Origin: Octopus vulgaris
Lineage: Eukaryota
Length of the DNA: 64,000 bases
Direction: 5' to 3'
Assembly (NCBI GenBank): GCA_951406725.2
Contig: OX597828.1
Span: 67,208,001-67,272,000, forward strand
The notes beneath the pieces were generated by a model that saw only the letters and a program-made list of their open reading frames with translations, was not told where the DNA came from and ran no database searches. Shown in pieces: positions 13,021 to 26,597 of this stretch. How positions within the stretch are numbered: position 1 is the stretch's first letter; the number at the start of each line of letters is the position of its first letter. The position numbers were made by a program, and so were the translations under genes.

Positions 13021-14208
13021 GTACAGTAGCTGTGTGGTTTAAAGGGGTGTACAATATTTATGTAATTAGTTAGATGTGTATGCATCTGTATGTATGCATA
13101 CAAGCATGCATGTATGCATGTATGTTCGTGTGTGCATCTATGCATGCCATGTGTATATATGTATGTAGGTGTGCATGCAAGCATGCATGTATGTTCGTGT
13201 GTGCATCTATGTATGCCATGTGTATATATGTACGTATATGCATGTATGCATGTGTCTTTGTATGCAAGCATGCATACATGTATGTGTGCATTAATAAACG
13301 CATCAGTATGTTACGTGTGTGTGTGTGTTTGTGTGTGTGTGTAATTTACTGCTTTTGTATGCATATCTATGTGTGTAAATATTTATGTATATGTGCACGC
13401 TGAGTGTGTGCGTGTGTGTATGTGTGTGTGTGTGTGTGTGTGCATATGCGTGTGCGTGTGTGCATGCAGGTGTGCATGTGTGTATGTGTGTGCACATGCG
13501 TGTGTGTGTGTGTGTGTGTGTGTGTGAGTATAGACGAAAATATTATTGGTTCTTGTGCTTTTAGAGTCAATTTCAAGATTCTCGTTTGTGAGGTGAGTTA
13601 GAGAGAGAGAGGGGGGAGGGAGAGGGATGAGAAGGAGAGACAGACAGACAGAGAAGAGTGGCAGTGTGTTTGAGGGGAAGTGTATGAGATGTTGTACGTT
13701 AATGAGAACGGGAAACGTATGCGTGTGTACCTATATATATATATGTGAAGGTATGTTTGAATACATGTGTACATGTATGCATTAACACATGTATGTATAG
13801 GTATGTGTGTGTGTTGGAATATATTTCTATATGCGTTTGTGAATGTCCTTGTGTATGTGTCTGTCTATGTGTGAATATGTGTATAGGTTTGTGTGTGTGA
13901 CCATGTGGGTGAATACATGTGTATACGAATGTGTATATGTATGTGAATATAAGCGTGTGTATTTATGTGTAGGAATATATTAATACATGTGAATGGGTGT
14001 AGATATGTATGTATATGAATGTATGCGTGTATATATGTCTGTATATGTATGTGTGTGTGTCTTTGTCAAGGTATTCTGTTTACTTTTATTAAATCATTTT
14101 TATATATTTATTGATTTTTATGAAAATCAATTCAAGGAAGTAAGAAAGGTGCCGATTGGTTAGTGAAATTTGTTGTCCAGCCAATCGAGAAAGAGATCGA
14201 AATGAACC

Positions 14209-14272
14209 GGATTGGCCACGTGGTTAGAGTACTGGGCTACCATCTGAACTGTCGTAGGTTCAAATCCTGTGT
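14209..14272 (+). other. tRNA-derived head or tRNA pseudogene
   Basis: A box tggccacgtggttag and B box ggttcaaatcc at tRNA spacing; no clean cloverleaf seen. Confidence 0.45.
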
Positions 14273-15071
14273 AGACGTGCCTTTGTCGATGCTTAGCCCA
14301 AGGTCAGCTTTGTTTTAGCAACATTCATAGTCAAAAGCATTCAAACCATAGCCAGCTTAATTTAAGGAATCAGTGTACTTCAGATTACATTGCTAAATAA
14401 GTTCATGTTTAAATAACAGATTGTGTTTTGAAGGACACCTAACTGCTAGTTTTAGCACTTAGATCATACAGAGGTAACCTCGTTGTCGTCTATATAAGTA
14501 GAAAAATTAATCACACAAGATGTCAACAACATAGCTGAAATAGGGCCTCTAGTAATTTGACGGTCGTGAGTTCAAATCCATTTAATTGTGTAAGTGGGGT
14601 ATATTTAATAACAGCAGCCTCAGTTGTCACCTACGCTGCGATCGGAAATGGTGGACATAGACTTGCGTCCTATTCCAAGTTGAACTTTATTTCTAACGTA
14701 TTTCATGTGAAGAAGCTGAAGGGAAAAGGCCAGTCCTTAAGAGCTCATCAGAGTTTATGAATCATCTTGAGTTACAATAGGGGGAAATGAGAGAGAGGGA
14801 GAGAGAGAGAGAGTGAGAAAGAGAGAGAGAGAAAGAGAGAGGGAGGAAAGTGAGAACGTGAGAAGGAGAGAATAGACAGACGTATATGTATGTATATATG
14901 TATATACGTATGTATGTATATATATATGTATGTATGTCATTATTCAGTTTATTTCAAGATTTCTTGCCAATAGCGAAAGAACCGGTTTCCAACCCAGATC
15001 CAACATCAACAACAGGGTATTTTTGTATGTATGTATGTATGTATGTATGTATGTATGTATGTATGTATGTA

Positions 15072-15118
<47 letters not shown>

Positions 15119-15379
15119 ATGTATGTATGTATGTATGTATGTATGTGTGTGTGTGTGTGCGTGTGTATGTATGTATGTATGTATGTGTGTGTATGTATGT
15201 ATGTATGTATGTATGTATGTATGTATGTATGTATGTATGTATGTATGTATGTGTGTGTGTGTGTGCGTGTGTATGTATGTATGTATGTATGTATGTGTGT
15301 GTATGTATGTATGTATGTATGTATGTATGTATGTATGTATGTATGTATGTATGTATGTATGTATGTATAAAGAATCTCG

Positions 15380-17185
15380 TGAATTTCACTTTCGCTCTTT
15401 CTCTCATAGTTTTATAAACTCTACGGATACAAAGGAATTCTTGAAGTGAATCCCGTAGCACAAAGCTGCTCAGTGTCGATGGCATCAAAGAATCTCGGAC
15501 AGACTGGATTGGGACCAAAGCATCGGCACTAATGCCACTGATCGAGGAAAAAAACGGGCTGTTCTACTGGCATACAACAAGGCACCATCAGACTGAACCT
15601 TGAACAAACTGCGAGCCGCAAAATCGACTCTCCACAAAGATGTGCTAACAACTATTGGGGAAATCCTTGAACAGACATTCAAAGGGCTTCTGACGTTGGT
15701 GACATAAGAAGGATGTATGAAAGGATCCGAATTGCTTTTGGGTCACAGATCGACAAAGTGGTATCGCTAAAATCCTTATCCAGAGTGCAGATCACAGATA
15801 AACACTAGCAAAAGGAGGGACGGTTTGAACATTACTCATGCCTCTACTTAGTCTTTGTCTTCGACAGCCTCCGGTGCATTCTTCGCTGCCGTCGGGTGGA
15901 TCGAGTTCCCACCGCCAATCTCCGACTTTGCATGTCTCTGCGGCCCCTTCCATCTGTCCTTCTGCAACGGCGCTTGCGGTGGTTTGGCCATGCATGTAGG
16001 CGTCCGGTGGGTGAACTGAGCCGTGATGTCCTTCTCCCAACTTCACTTCCCAACCGGCGGAAACGCGCGGGCGGGCAGCTGAAGACCTGGGTTACGACGA
16101 TCAAGGAGGACCTCTCCGTGCTCACGGGCCCGCAGGTGGACGGCCTGCGCGGATGGAACCGTGACTGGCTCGCTATCTCCAGTGAACTGGCGCAGGACCG
16201 TCGTGCGTGGGCTGCCATGGTTCGAGATGCCTCGAGTGTGCTGGAAGAAGCCGACTCAACCCGCCCAGGGTGAATGTCGCCACAAGTACAAGTAAGTACA
16301 TGCCTCTACTCACAAGGCCGATCAGTGGACGAAAGCCTACAAGAAGTAATTCCGCAATTTCCAGAGATAACAGAACTTGACAAAGAACCCACCTAGGAGG
16401 AACTGGCGAAAGCCATTGATGAGCTCGCAAGTTGAAAGTCTCCCAGAAATAACAATATGGCAGCTGAAATCCCGAAAGAAAACAAGGACACCATCCTTCC
16501 TCATATGTACACGCTCTTGATTCTCTGTTGGAAGCATTGAGGGGTCCCACAAGGCATCTGAGAGGTGCGAACATAGTGACTCTGTATAAGAACAATGAAG
16601 ATAAGGAAGACTGCAACAACTAAATAGGTATTTCATTGATGAGTATTACAAGAAAGCATTTGGCCGAATACTGTTGATACGCTTGAAGAATTTAACAGAT
16701 TAACAGAGAGAATTCTTCCAGAAAATCTGTGGGATTTCTGATTAGGACGCTCAACAATGGACATGGTATTTTCTTTTCGACAGCTCCAAGAAAAGTGTCA
16801 CGAACAAAGTCCATCCCTCCATATGGCATTTGTAGACATAAGGCGTTCGATACAGATCAGGATTGTTCATGGTTCTTCACAAGATTGGACGTTCACCAAC
16901 TCTTCTCCAACTCATCATGTCCTTTCGTAAAGGTATGAAAGTCACAGTCCAGTTCAATGGTCCCACATCAGAGAGCTTTGGCATCAGAAGCGGAGTTAAA
17001 CAGGGTTGTGTTCTGATACTGACTCTTTTCAGCATCTTCTTTGCCTTCAAGGAATCTGCTGGAGATGTCTGCATTCAGTGGAGAACTGATTGGTCTCTTT
17101 TCAATCTTGCACACCTCAGAGCAAAAACAAAACCAAGTCAACCTTCACCAGAGATCTTCTCTTTGCCGATGACGCATATAGCTCC
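15380..17185 (+). mobile_element. Old degenerate RTE-clade LINE (RT region)
   Basis: RQLQEKCHEQ, SGVKQGCVL..TLFSIFF, FNLAHLRAKTK, LLFADD with many stops. Confidence 0.85.
15849..16298 (+). mobile_element. Younger 5'-truncated RTE inserted in the older RTE
   Basis: QRRLRWFGH..KTWVTTIKEDL..AQDRRAW; (caagta)n tail; 12-bp TSD catgcctctact at 15837-15848 and 16299-16310. Confidence 0.9.
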
Positions 17186-17331
17186 ATACTGTTGTTAACA
17201 TCAGGTAGCCGAATACTGTGAACAAGCTTTAAATAGCATACTACAAGGTGTATATCTAAATATAAAATTATTTCTTATGTATGTATGTATGTATGTATGT
17301 ATGTATGTATGTATGTATGTATGTATGTATG

Positions 17332-17365
<34 letters not shown>

Positions 17366-17454
17366 TGTGTGTATGCATGCATGTATGCATGTATGTATGT
17401 ATGTGTGTATGTATGCATGCATGTATGCATGTATGTATGTGTGTATGTATGTAG

Positions 17455-17935
17455 GGGTATAAAGAGACAATTTATTCAATATGTCTGCCTCCATTGTCCA
17501 CCACAACCTTCACAAGCCGCATAAAGGCGTCACAACTCTTCATGATGAAGTACTCTGACATGTTGTCCCACCCTTTCCTCAGGATTCGCTTAAAATGATC
17601 AAGACTTGGATGCGAGATTCTGTTGATAGAGCACTCCAATTTGCTCCATGCGGCATAGTCCAGGGAGTTCAAGTTTGGGCTGGAAGAAAGCTGGAAGATG
17701 GCAGGCTAAAAGTCGGCGGAGTTGTTTTCACAGAACCCCGGCACGAAGGAAATCTGCAATGCGTTGTCTCTTGGCTTCTTAAGCGGACAAGCCAGATCGT
17801 ATGACTGGAACTTCTGTTTAAATTAACTCTATATACCTCCATCCTGAAGTAGAAAACAATATTTTAGTATTTACGCTCAGGAATATATGAAAAATAAGGC
17901 TTCCAAAATATTCCAAGTTTTGCTTCCCCACCCTG
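17455..17935 (-). mobile_element. Tc1/mariner (maT/rosa-like) deletion remnant
   Basis: SSPNLNSLDYAAWSKLE...GGRHIE C-terminus; caccctg|ta end. Confidence 0.75.
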
Positions 17936-17950
17936 TATGTATGTGTACGA

Positions 17951-18017
<67 letters not shown>

Positions 18018-18710
18018 TGTCCTGTGTATGAATTTAAGCTGCATTGTAGTGGGGTTCTGGTTCAAGTACTCCAGAGTTTTGATGAGTGTGGAACCATCTC
18101 TTGGCTATTAATTGTTCCCAACTCTACCCAGACCCAGAGTGGTAGCATCTGTCAGGGTTCTAACTTTGGGTTAACTAGCATATGTGATGACATTCCATAT
18201 GAGCGCTTGGGACGCAGAAATACCCACGGGTGGTTTTGGGGCATGCAGTAAAACAACTGGGAGTGAGAGACCTCTCGCTGTTGTCACAGCGTTCTCCTAG
18301 GAGAGAGGAACTCTGATGTAAAAGCTGCGGTTTCACGTGATTACTGGTCATCTTGCTTCGATTCGTCACTCGGTACTAAGCAGGGAGACTCTAAGAGTGG
18401 TTCTCGTGATGTACAAACATCAATCACTATAATACAGTGATGCACAGATGTCTCCTTTATGCTGACCTCATTTGTCATTCGAATTACTGACAGTCTTAAG
18501 GCGATGGGAGAGTGGCGATGTGTGTAGACACAATCAGTTGGAAGTGCACAGAAAAATTATAATTTTCGCCTATCACCTATGCTTCAAACCATGCAGATGT
18601 ACAAAGGGTGTGAATACTCATCTGAGAAGTCTTGGCTGGAAGATGAAGCAATCACCATAACCACACACACACACACATGAATCAGTGGACAAACGAAAAG
18701 AAATTACTTG

Positions 18711-18753
<43 letters not shown>

Positions 18754-18955
18754 TTGGAAGTGGATGCGTGGCGTTCGTTCATATTATAACAAATTAATAA
18801 ATAAAACATATGCATACATACATACATACATAATACATACATATATGTACATACCTACATAATACATACATATATGTACATACCTACATCTATATGTATA
18901 TACACATGCATATATGGGTACAGGACACCAAAAAAAAAAAAACGTCGAACACAAT

Positions 18956-19091
18956 GAGAAACGAAAATATAGAAACAAAGACATGGAAACGGACTTGGGA
19001 AAGTTCCTTGTGTTGTGTGTCTTGGACTCTGTTTTTTCGTTGTTTGAAAAAATTCCGTTTCCATGTTTTTGTTTTTATGTTTTCGTTTCTC
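18956..19091. repeat. Hairpin with 38-bp imperfect arms
   Basis: gagaaacgaaaatatagaaacaaagacatggaaacgga versus tccgtttccatgtttttgtttttatgttttcgtttctc. Confidence 0.75.
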
Positions 19092-19629
19092 GTTGCATCT
19101 CAAAGACTGGCTCTTCACTTCAAACCGCTTCTAACATTCTGAAGTACATGTAGATGTGTTTATGTGTGCATATGCCCGTGTATGATACTGTGTGCATGTG
19201 TGTGTGTATGCGAGTGTGTGCGTGTGTGCATGTGTGTGTGTGTGCTTGTAACTTGAAGCGTAAAACTCACTTGAGAGATTGGTCGCGTGTGCTTCACATT
19301 TACATCTAAGATTATCTGAACAATTACAAGATTAAAATTTCCTCTCGAGTTTAAAATTTCAAAGCAACAATCAAGATGGGTAACTCCAAAAAAAAAAAAA
19401 TCATTTGAAAGAAATCTTGGGATAATGTGGAGAATGAGAAGATGAAATGGATCTGGTTTTTAAAGGCAGAAAATGGAAGGGCTGAAAATTCCCCCTTTCT
19501 GTATTTAGTATAGTTTCTCACACTCATGGGATGTTTTCTTTCAGCCATGTTGTCGGTAATGAGTGTACAGAGGCAGGGTGTCTTCTACGGTGAGTAATTA
19601 AATAATCACTTAATATTGGAATACACGAC

Positions 19630-20149
19630 AGTACTAGCTGTGGATGGGTTGTTTCTCGTTCCGCCGACCTCCCTGAATAGGGAGGAGCGAGCCTGTTTTC
19701 TCTCGGTAGTTGCTGTGGCGAAAGAGGTATTATAGAAGACGGGAGTGAAAGGAATTGCAACAGGCATGTTCATCTCCAGTCTTGAGCTAATCGACTTTTT
19801 CGTTTTCCATATGAAACAGAAAATAAGGTTGGAGAAGAAATGCCTGTCGCAAAGTGTGTTTCGTAAAAGATGGAAGTCTATAGCAAGTATGTTGCGAGTG
19901 AAAGAACCTGCTTAAACGAGAATATAAAAAAGGAGAAAGCAAAGTCTTCAGTGTGAGTTTGTGGTTTGTGGGGTCGACCGCGTCCTCCGCTTCATTTTTT
20001 GTTAATCACTCATTCTCATTTAATTGTATATATTTTAATTGTTTGTTTATTCATACACTTCATCTCATTCGATACCCTGACCCCAACGTTTGTTTTGTCT
20101 GTCCTCGTATCGTTCCCTCTTTTTCTCAACTTTATGGTGAATAAAGAAA

Positions 20150-20151
<2 letters not shown>
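19630..20151 (+). mobile_element. 5'-truncated diverged Tx1-like LINE 3' end
   Basis: CFLSVVAVAKEVL*KTGVKGIATGMFIS...LEKKCLSQSVFRKRWK aligns to the ORF2 C-terminus of the 39.6-45.3 kb element; ends AATAAAGAAAT then (TC)n. Confidence 0.85.
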
Positions 20152-20195
<44 letters not shown>

Positions 20196-20244
20196 TCCTC
20201 CTTTCTCTTCCTCTCTCTTTCTCTCTCTATATATATGTATGTAT

Positions 20245-20650
20245 ATTATTATTCAGTTTTATTTCAAGATTTCTTGCCAATAGAGAAAGGACCGGTTTCT
20301 AACCTAGATCCAAGGCTCCTTCATTGGAATTTTTATATCAATAGCAGTATATGTATGTATGTATGTAGATTTGTATGTTTTGTTTTATGTATATATTATC
20401 ATGCATATAGTTGCATATCTAGACATGCTCATATATATTTAATTGATAAACTTCTGGAAAGTTTTACAGATTTTTTACAATTCCATTGATGGAGTGGGTC
20501 TGTAGTCTTCGAATTAGCTTTCTCCTTTCTGGTTTTGAGAAGCCTAATTTCTCTAGATTGGTATTTAGGCAGTGTGTTACATATTCCAGTGCCTCAATAA
20601 TTACAGGTATAAACCTGAACTTGTAATATGGATAGAATAACTACATATTT
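20245..20650 (-). mobile_element. R4/Dong-like (RLE) non-LTR 3' end; 3'UTR fragment also at ~14935-15020
   Basis: YPYYKFRFIPVIIEALEYV..RRLQTHSING RLE C-terminus; the UTR segment is repeated at 14.9 kb. Confidence 0.65.
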
Positions 20651-20696
20651 CTCCTCTCTCTCTCTCACTATATACATGTCTGTGCGTGTGTGTGCG

Positions 20697-20755
<59 letters not shown>

Positions 20756-21282
20756 ACATATTTAGATATGTGTGTATGTATGTATATATGTATATTTATC
20801 AAGGCATTGGACACCAACAACGTAATATAGTGTACAAAGAAAGTCATATGCTAGAACCAGCGAGTTAGACAGAGAGAAAATGACAGAAATTAATAGTGAG
20901 TGAAAGAGAAAGAGATAGATAGGAACTGAGAGAGAGAAAGAGAGAGTGAGACTGAGAAAGAGCGGGAGAGAGAGAATGAGAGAGAGTGCAACAAGATATA
21001 GAAGCCATTTATTTTGTCAATTTCTGCTAATTTTTTATGTTTCTTTTCTGTTCTCGTCCTCAAAGTGGATATCATGTCTGCCCGTTTCTTCACTTTTCAA
21101 AGTATTTATGAAGTTAGAATATTTTGTTTCTTGTTTATTTATTTTGTTAGCTTGTCTTTTTTTGTTTTTTATTCTTCTAAACTTATGTGTGAAAGTGGTG
21201 ATGGTGGTAGAGGAGGAGGAGGAGGAGGAGGAAGCGTCTCTTTATATAGTTGTGTGGAAAAACAACCACATGCCTGTCTGTA

Positions 21283-21323
<41 letters not shown>

Positions 21324-21435
21324 GCGTATGTGTGTGTGTGTGTGTGTATTAAGTACACATACAGGTATATATTCATGCTTGTTACCTGTCTTTTTAGATT
21401 ATATTCCTAGATTCCTGTAAAGAAATACAATAGGA

Positions 21436-21475
<40 letters not shown>

Positions 21476-21491
21476 TACACACACAGAAGGG

Positions 21492-21556
<65 letters not shown>

Positions 21557-21829
21557 GAGAGAGGGCGGAAAAGAGGAAGAGAGAGAATGTGTGTGTGTAT
21601 AAATGTATGAAAACATAAAGTGAGAAGTATGACAGATTGGTGTGTGTATGTGTGTGTATGTATGTATGTGTGTATTTGTGTATGGTTATGTTATTGATTT
21701 CACACTTGTTGTCTTCCACCCCAAATTCCATGTTATAATAATGGTAACTCATTCCTTTACCGTCTCTGTTCAACGGCATTCATTCTAGAATGACGTTTTT
21801 TGTTTCTTTTTTGCTTCCCTTTTGGGCGT

Positions 21830-21946
21830 TGATGGCAAAAATCGGTAGAATGTTCGACAAGGTGTCACGTGGTACGTACTTTATATCCGAATACGTTCCC
21901 GAGTTCACATCCTGCCGAGGCCGCCTTCATCACTCAACATTCTGGG
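21830..21946 (+). mobile_element. Highly degenerate SINE-B-like head
   Basis: tggcaaaaatcggtag..gagttcacatcctgccgagg. Confidence 0.5.
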
Positions 21947-22604
21947 ATTGGAGAGTTTCCCTAAACTAAGTATTATCTAAGTAGTTATAGATTCATGTCT
22001 GGCTTTTTGTTATCGCCACCACCACTTCTATGCGGGGGAAAAAACTACTGGACATAATAAATAAATCCCATAAAATAAAATAAAACTTCGGTTTTGTTTA
22101 ATGTTATCATAGACAACTATCACACACAAAATCCCACCTTCCAAATCCTGTTTTGTTTTTTTTTTTTTTCTGGCTGGGAAAAATAATCAAATCTTAAACT
22201 TACTTCTGTAATATTTTTCTAAACTTCTCCTGGGAGAAATGATTAACAAAATCAGATCCAGCGTGAAAAATTACAATATACCATATTTAAAACTTTTTCC
22301 TTAATTTTAAGAATCTTTTCGGTTTGAACGGCAGTTTTTTCTAGCGGTGTCATATGAAATTGTCACCCATAATTATGACCCTAGTATCTATTTATTGCAT
22401 TTCAATCTATTTTAGGGATAGGGTTAGTTAGGGTTAGGGTTAGGGGTGGGGGAAGGGCATCTTTTTTTCTTCACAAATGTAAATAAACCCAATTTGTTTC
22501 TTAAACGAGGGACATATTCATACGGCACATAATGTTTTTTACCTAAATAGACGTCAGTGATTGGTTGAAATTGCAGATATTGAGCGAAAATACCTAAAAT
22601 CTCC

Positions 22605-22805
22605 ACGAGGCTCTGGCACGGGGTGGTGGTGAACCCTGTTGTACTCTTTCGCCCCAACTTTCTCTCACTCATTTTTCCTGTTTCTTGAGTGAGGCTGCGA
22701 TGGACTGGCGTCCCGTCCAGCTGGGGGGAACACATACACCACAGAAACTGGGAAACCGGGCCCATGAGCCCGGCTAGGCTTGAAAAGGGCGCATAAATAA
22801 ATAGA
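22605..22805 (+). mobile_element. SINE fragment with V-domain-like segment
   Basis: ctgcgatggactggcgtcccgtccag resembles the V-SINE conserved domain (from memory); taaataaa tail. Confidence 0.5.
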
Positions 22806-22930
22806 ATTAGCCTACTATTCCTTACAGATAGAGCGTGTATGTGTGTGTGTATGAATGTTTGTTCGTTGTTTTGTTTGTTTGTTTCTTGGTTTGTTTGCTT
22901 CCTTGTGTGTGTGTGTGTGTGAGTGTGTGT

Positions 22931-22965
<35 letters not shown>

Positions 22966-23074
22966 CACGTGTGTGTGTGTATGAATGTTTGTTCGTTGTT
23001 TTGTTTGTTTGTTCCTTGGTTTGTTTGCTTCCTTGTGTGTGTGTGTGTGTGAGTGTATGTGTGTGTGTGTGTGA

Positions 23075-23141
<67 letters not shown>

Positions 23142-23165
23142 TGTTTGTGTGTGTGTGTGTGTGTG

Positions 23166-23207
<42 letters not shown>

Positions 23208-23244
23208 ACGTGTGTGTGTGTTAACTGGTCTGCTTTTAGTCTCT

Positions 23245-23450
23245 TATTCTTTCATTCTTTCAATTGTTTCAGTCATTTGACTTTGGCCATGCTGGAGCAC
23301 TGCCTCAAAGGAATTTAGTCGAAGAAATCGATCTCAGGACTTATTATCTGTAAGCTTAATACTTATTTTATGGTTCACTTTTGCCGAACCGCTAAGATAC
23401 GGGTCCATAAACACACCAGTATCGGTTGTCAAGCGATGGTGGGGTAACAA
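23245..23450 (-). mobile_element. SINE-A 3' half
   Basis: Similarity to other SINE-A copies. Confidence 0.8.
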
Positions 23451-23734
23451 AGGCCCAGATTTTGTCTGTTGACCAGTTAGACTCCGATGTAAAAATTTAA
23501 ACTGGTTTAAGTCCAGAATCTGTGTTGACCAGGTGACCTTAGACATAAAGATTTAATTTTTTCATAATTTCCATTTCAATATTATTAATCGGTAGAATGT
23601 TTGATAACTGACTTCTTCGCCAGTGTCTTTTGGGTAGCTTAAATATCCAGAAATTGGAGCAGTTTCCAAAGGTCCTCGTGGAGCAGCTCCAGAGGAGTAT
23701 TACTACTTTGCAATAAATTCTACAGGCACAGCTT

Positions 23735-23821
23735 CACCTTGGGCAAGTATCTTCTACTATAACCCTGGGCCGAGCAAAGCGTTGTGAGTGGATTTGGTAG
23801 ACGAAACCTGAAAGAAGCCTG

Positions 23822-23900
<79 letters not shown>

Positions 23901-23927
23901 TACATACACACACACATACACACACAT

Positions 23928-24005
<78 letters not shown>

Positions 24006-24117
24006 GACAGGCATCTTTCAGGTTTCGTCTACCAAATCCACTCACAACGCTTTGCTCGGCCCAGGGCTATAGTAGAAGATACTTGCCCAAGGTGCCGTGC
24101 AGTAGAACTGAACCCGG
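23735..24117. mobile_element. Fold-back (palindromic) SINE-A derivative around (TA)n with 11-bp direct repeat
   Basis: Arms 23735-23822 and ~24005-24094 are inverted; aggcacagctt at 23724-23734 and 24118-24128. Confidence 0.85.
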
Positions 24118-24757
24118 AGGCACAGCTTAGGTGGAATCAACAAGACACTTCATTCCACGCGCTTCCAGTTTGCTCAACTGTAAACGACCGCCAGCAGAGT
24201 GCTGGTGCAGTCCTTCATCCTCCCGTTCTCACATCCTTAGTGTTCTGATAAGTCAAGGATGAGAGAGACGAGAGTGTTTCTATGTTGCTTGTGACTACAC
24301 ACGCACCTAAAAGAATTAGCGAAAGCATGGTACACGTTACAAAGCCATACTCGTTCAAGAGCGACAACTAGCTGTACTGTGCTACTTTCTCGATCCCTGC
24401 CTCCCACCACGCTGTTTATATATTTCGTCCTTCTACTGTCCTAGGTCCTTGTAACCAATAAAAGAAACCATTATTATTATTTTCTCCAATATAAATTTAT
24501 TTCTCACGAGAAATATTGAACAAAAAGCGGAAGTTCTTCAAATTTGTTATCCCTGGAATAAAACACTGTGCGTGTCTGTGTGTCGAAACAATAGTAAGTT
24601 CTTTATTGTTGGAGATAATTTAGAGATAGGAGGTGCTGAGAAAAAACAACAATTTTCCTTCTGTTGTCTTTTGTGGGTGAGCTAAATAAAAGAAAAACAT
24701 AGGCAACTTTGACAACGACAAAATATTCCAAAATAACTGTATTTTGTAAAATAACTG

Positions 24758-24805
<48 letters not shown>

Positions 24806-24806
24806 G

Positions 24807-24910
<104 letters not shown>

Positions 24911-24944
24911 TCCATTCATCCATCTATCCTCTCTCTCACTCACT

Positions 24945-25036
<92 letters not shown>

Positions 25037-25049
25037 ATACAAAGTGAGG

Positions 25050-25325
25050 TTGGGTGGCTTAGTGGTGTGGTTGGATGGCTCAGTTGCACTTACGATCGCT
25101 AGATCGTGATTTCAATTCCAAGACTGGGTGGTGTGTTGTGCTTTTAAAAAAACAAAACACTTCATCTCACGTTGCTCTGCGATCACTTCGACACGTGACG
25201 TGTGTTATACAGTGGTCAAAGTGAGCTAATGTCCAGCACATACACTTGACCACCATAAACAAATCATTTGTGCAGGTCGTTCGGCAAAAAGCTGAAACGC
25301 TCATACGTCGTTTTCGAGGGCAAAA
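25050..25325 (+). mobile_element. Third SINE-like family (C); second copy at ~5270-5430 on the minus strand
   Basis: tRNA-like head; catctcacgttgct..acttcgacac segment shared with 5310-5355. Confidence 0.55.
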
Positions 25326-25344
25326 CCCATCATGTATATACATA

Positions 25345-26577
25345 TAGGGGTTGGACAAAATAATGGAAACACCTTAAAATTTCAAACAAATTTATTCTAA
25401 TATGGGGCAGGACCGCCTTTGGCAGAAATTACAGCTTGAGTTCTACGAGGTATGGACTGGTACAAAGTTTGAATTGTTTCCAAAGGGATGTTTCTCCATT
25501 CTTCAGTTAAAAGTCTCCAGTTCTTGTAGTGATGATGGTGGAGGATATCGACTCCTTACTTGATTTTCTAAAATGCACCACAAATGTTCGATAATATTAA
25601 GATCTGGGAACTGTGGTGGCCAGATAAGATGTTCAACTTCACTAGAATGTTCCTCGTGCCATTCAGTAACAACTCTAGCTGTGTGAATTGGTGCATTATC
25701 ATCCTGAAAGATTACGTTTCCCTCTGGGAACGGTTCCGCAACCATAGGATGAATTTGATCAGATAAAATGTTTAAATAGTCTTGACTATTAATTCTGCCG
25801 TGAAGGGAAACCATTGGGCCGGCGTATTTCCAAGATATAGCCCCCCCCCCCCCGCCCAGATCATCACAGATCCTCCTCCATGTTTAACTGTTGGAAGAAG
25901 GCAGTCTGGGTTAAATACTTCTTTTGGCTGTCTGCACACGTATACTCGGTTGGTGGTCGGAAATAAGGTAAAGGATGATTCGACCGAGAAAATAACATTG
26001 TTCCACTGCTCTAGGGACCAATTCTTTAAGTTTTTACTTCACTCTACACGCTTTGCAACCTTTGTTTTTTAAAGTTGTAGTTTTCTGATTGCAGCCCTCC
26101 CGTGAAAGCTGGCTTTGTGCAGCTCACGGCGAACAGTTTCTGTAGAGACTGGGTTCTCAAGGTGGTCATTAAGCTCCGCAGTAATTTTGGGAGCTGTACT
26201 TTTGTGATCCTTTCTAACAATTCGCATAAAAGTCCAAGTTTTGGTTTCCTTCCCTCTTTCTCAAAGGCTGTCATTGCTTTCGAGACAGCACTTCTTGATA
26301 CACCAAACATTTCAGCTGTTTTCATTACGCTAGCGCCTGCCATACGAACACCAACAATTTGATCTCTTTGAAAGTCCGATAGATTTGTCATTTTAATGAA
26401 TTTTAATTACCTTTTTCTGATATCTGAAAAGAAAGAGCAATTTTAGCAAAACATATTAAGCAACACTAATAATAAATAAATAAACATAAAAATGAACAAG
26501 CTTTTGACTGTTTTATAGATATTTCAAAATTATGATGCTATGATGCTTGGGGTTTCCATTATTTTGTTCAACCCCTG
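25345..26577 (-). mobile_element. Near full-length Tc1 (DD34E) element with frameshifted transposase
   Basis: TIRs (c/t)aggggttg.acaaaataatggaaac, TA flanks; HTH N-terminus LSDFQRDQIVG; FQDDNAPIH..WPPQFPDLNIIE. Confidence 0.93.
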
Positions 26578-26597
26578 TACATACCCGCAGATATATA

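Noticed and set aside
14209-14272. Functional tRNA gene
   Set aside because: A and B boxes present but acceptor and anticodon stems do not pair convincingly; likely a SINE head
20280-20330. Hammerhead half-motif on the minus strand (stem II, A-GAAAC-CG-GUC)
   Set aside because: The 5' core reads CCAAUGA/AUGAAGG rather than CUGANGA and no stem I forms; at best a relic
22835-23040. ~130-bp direct duplication (similar ones at 11995-12075, 13085-13260, 56930-57085)
   Set aside because: Ordinary slippage duplications anchored in microsatellites
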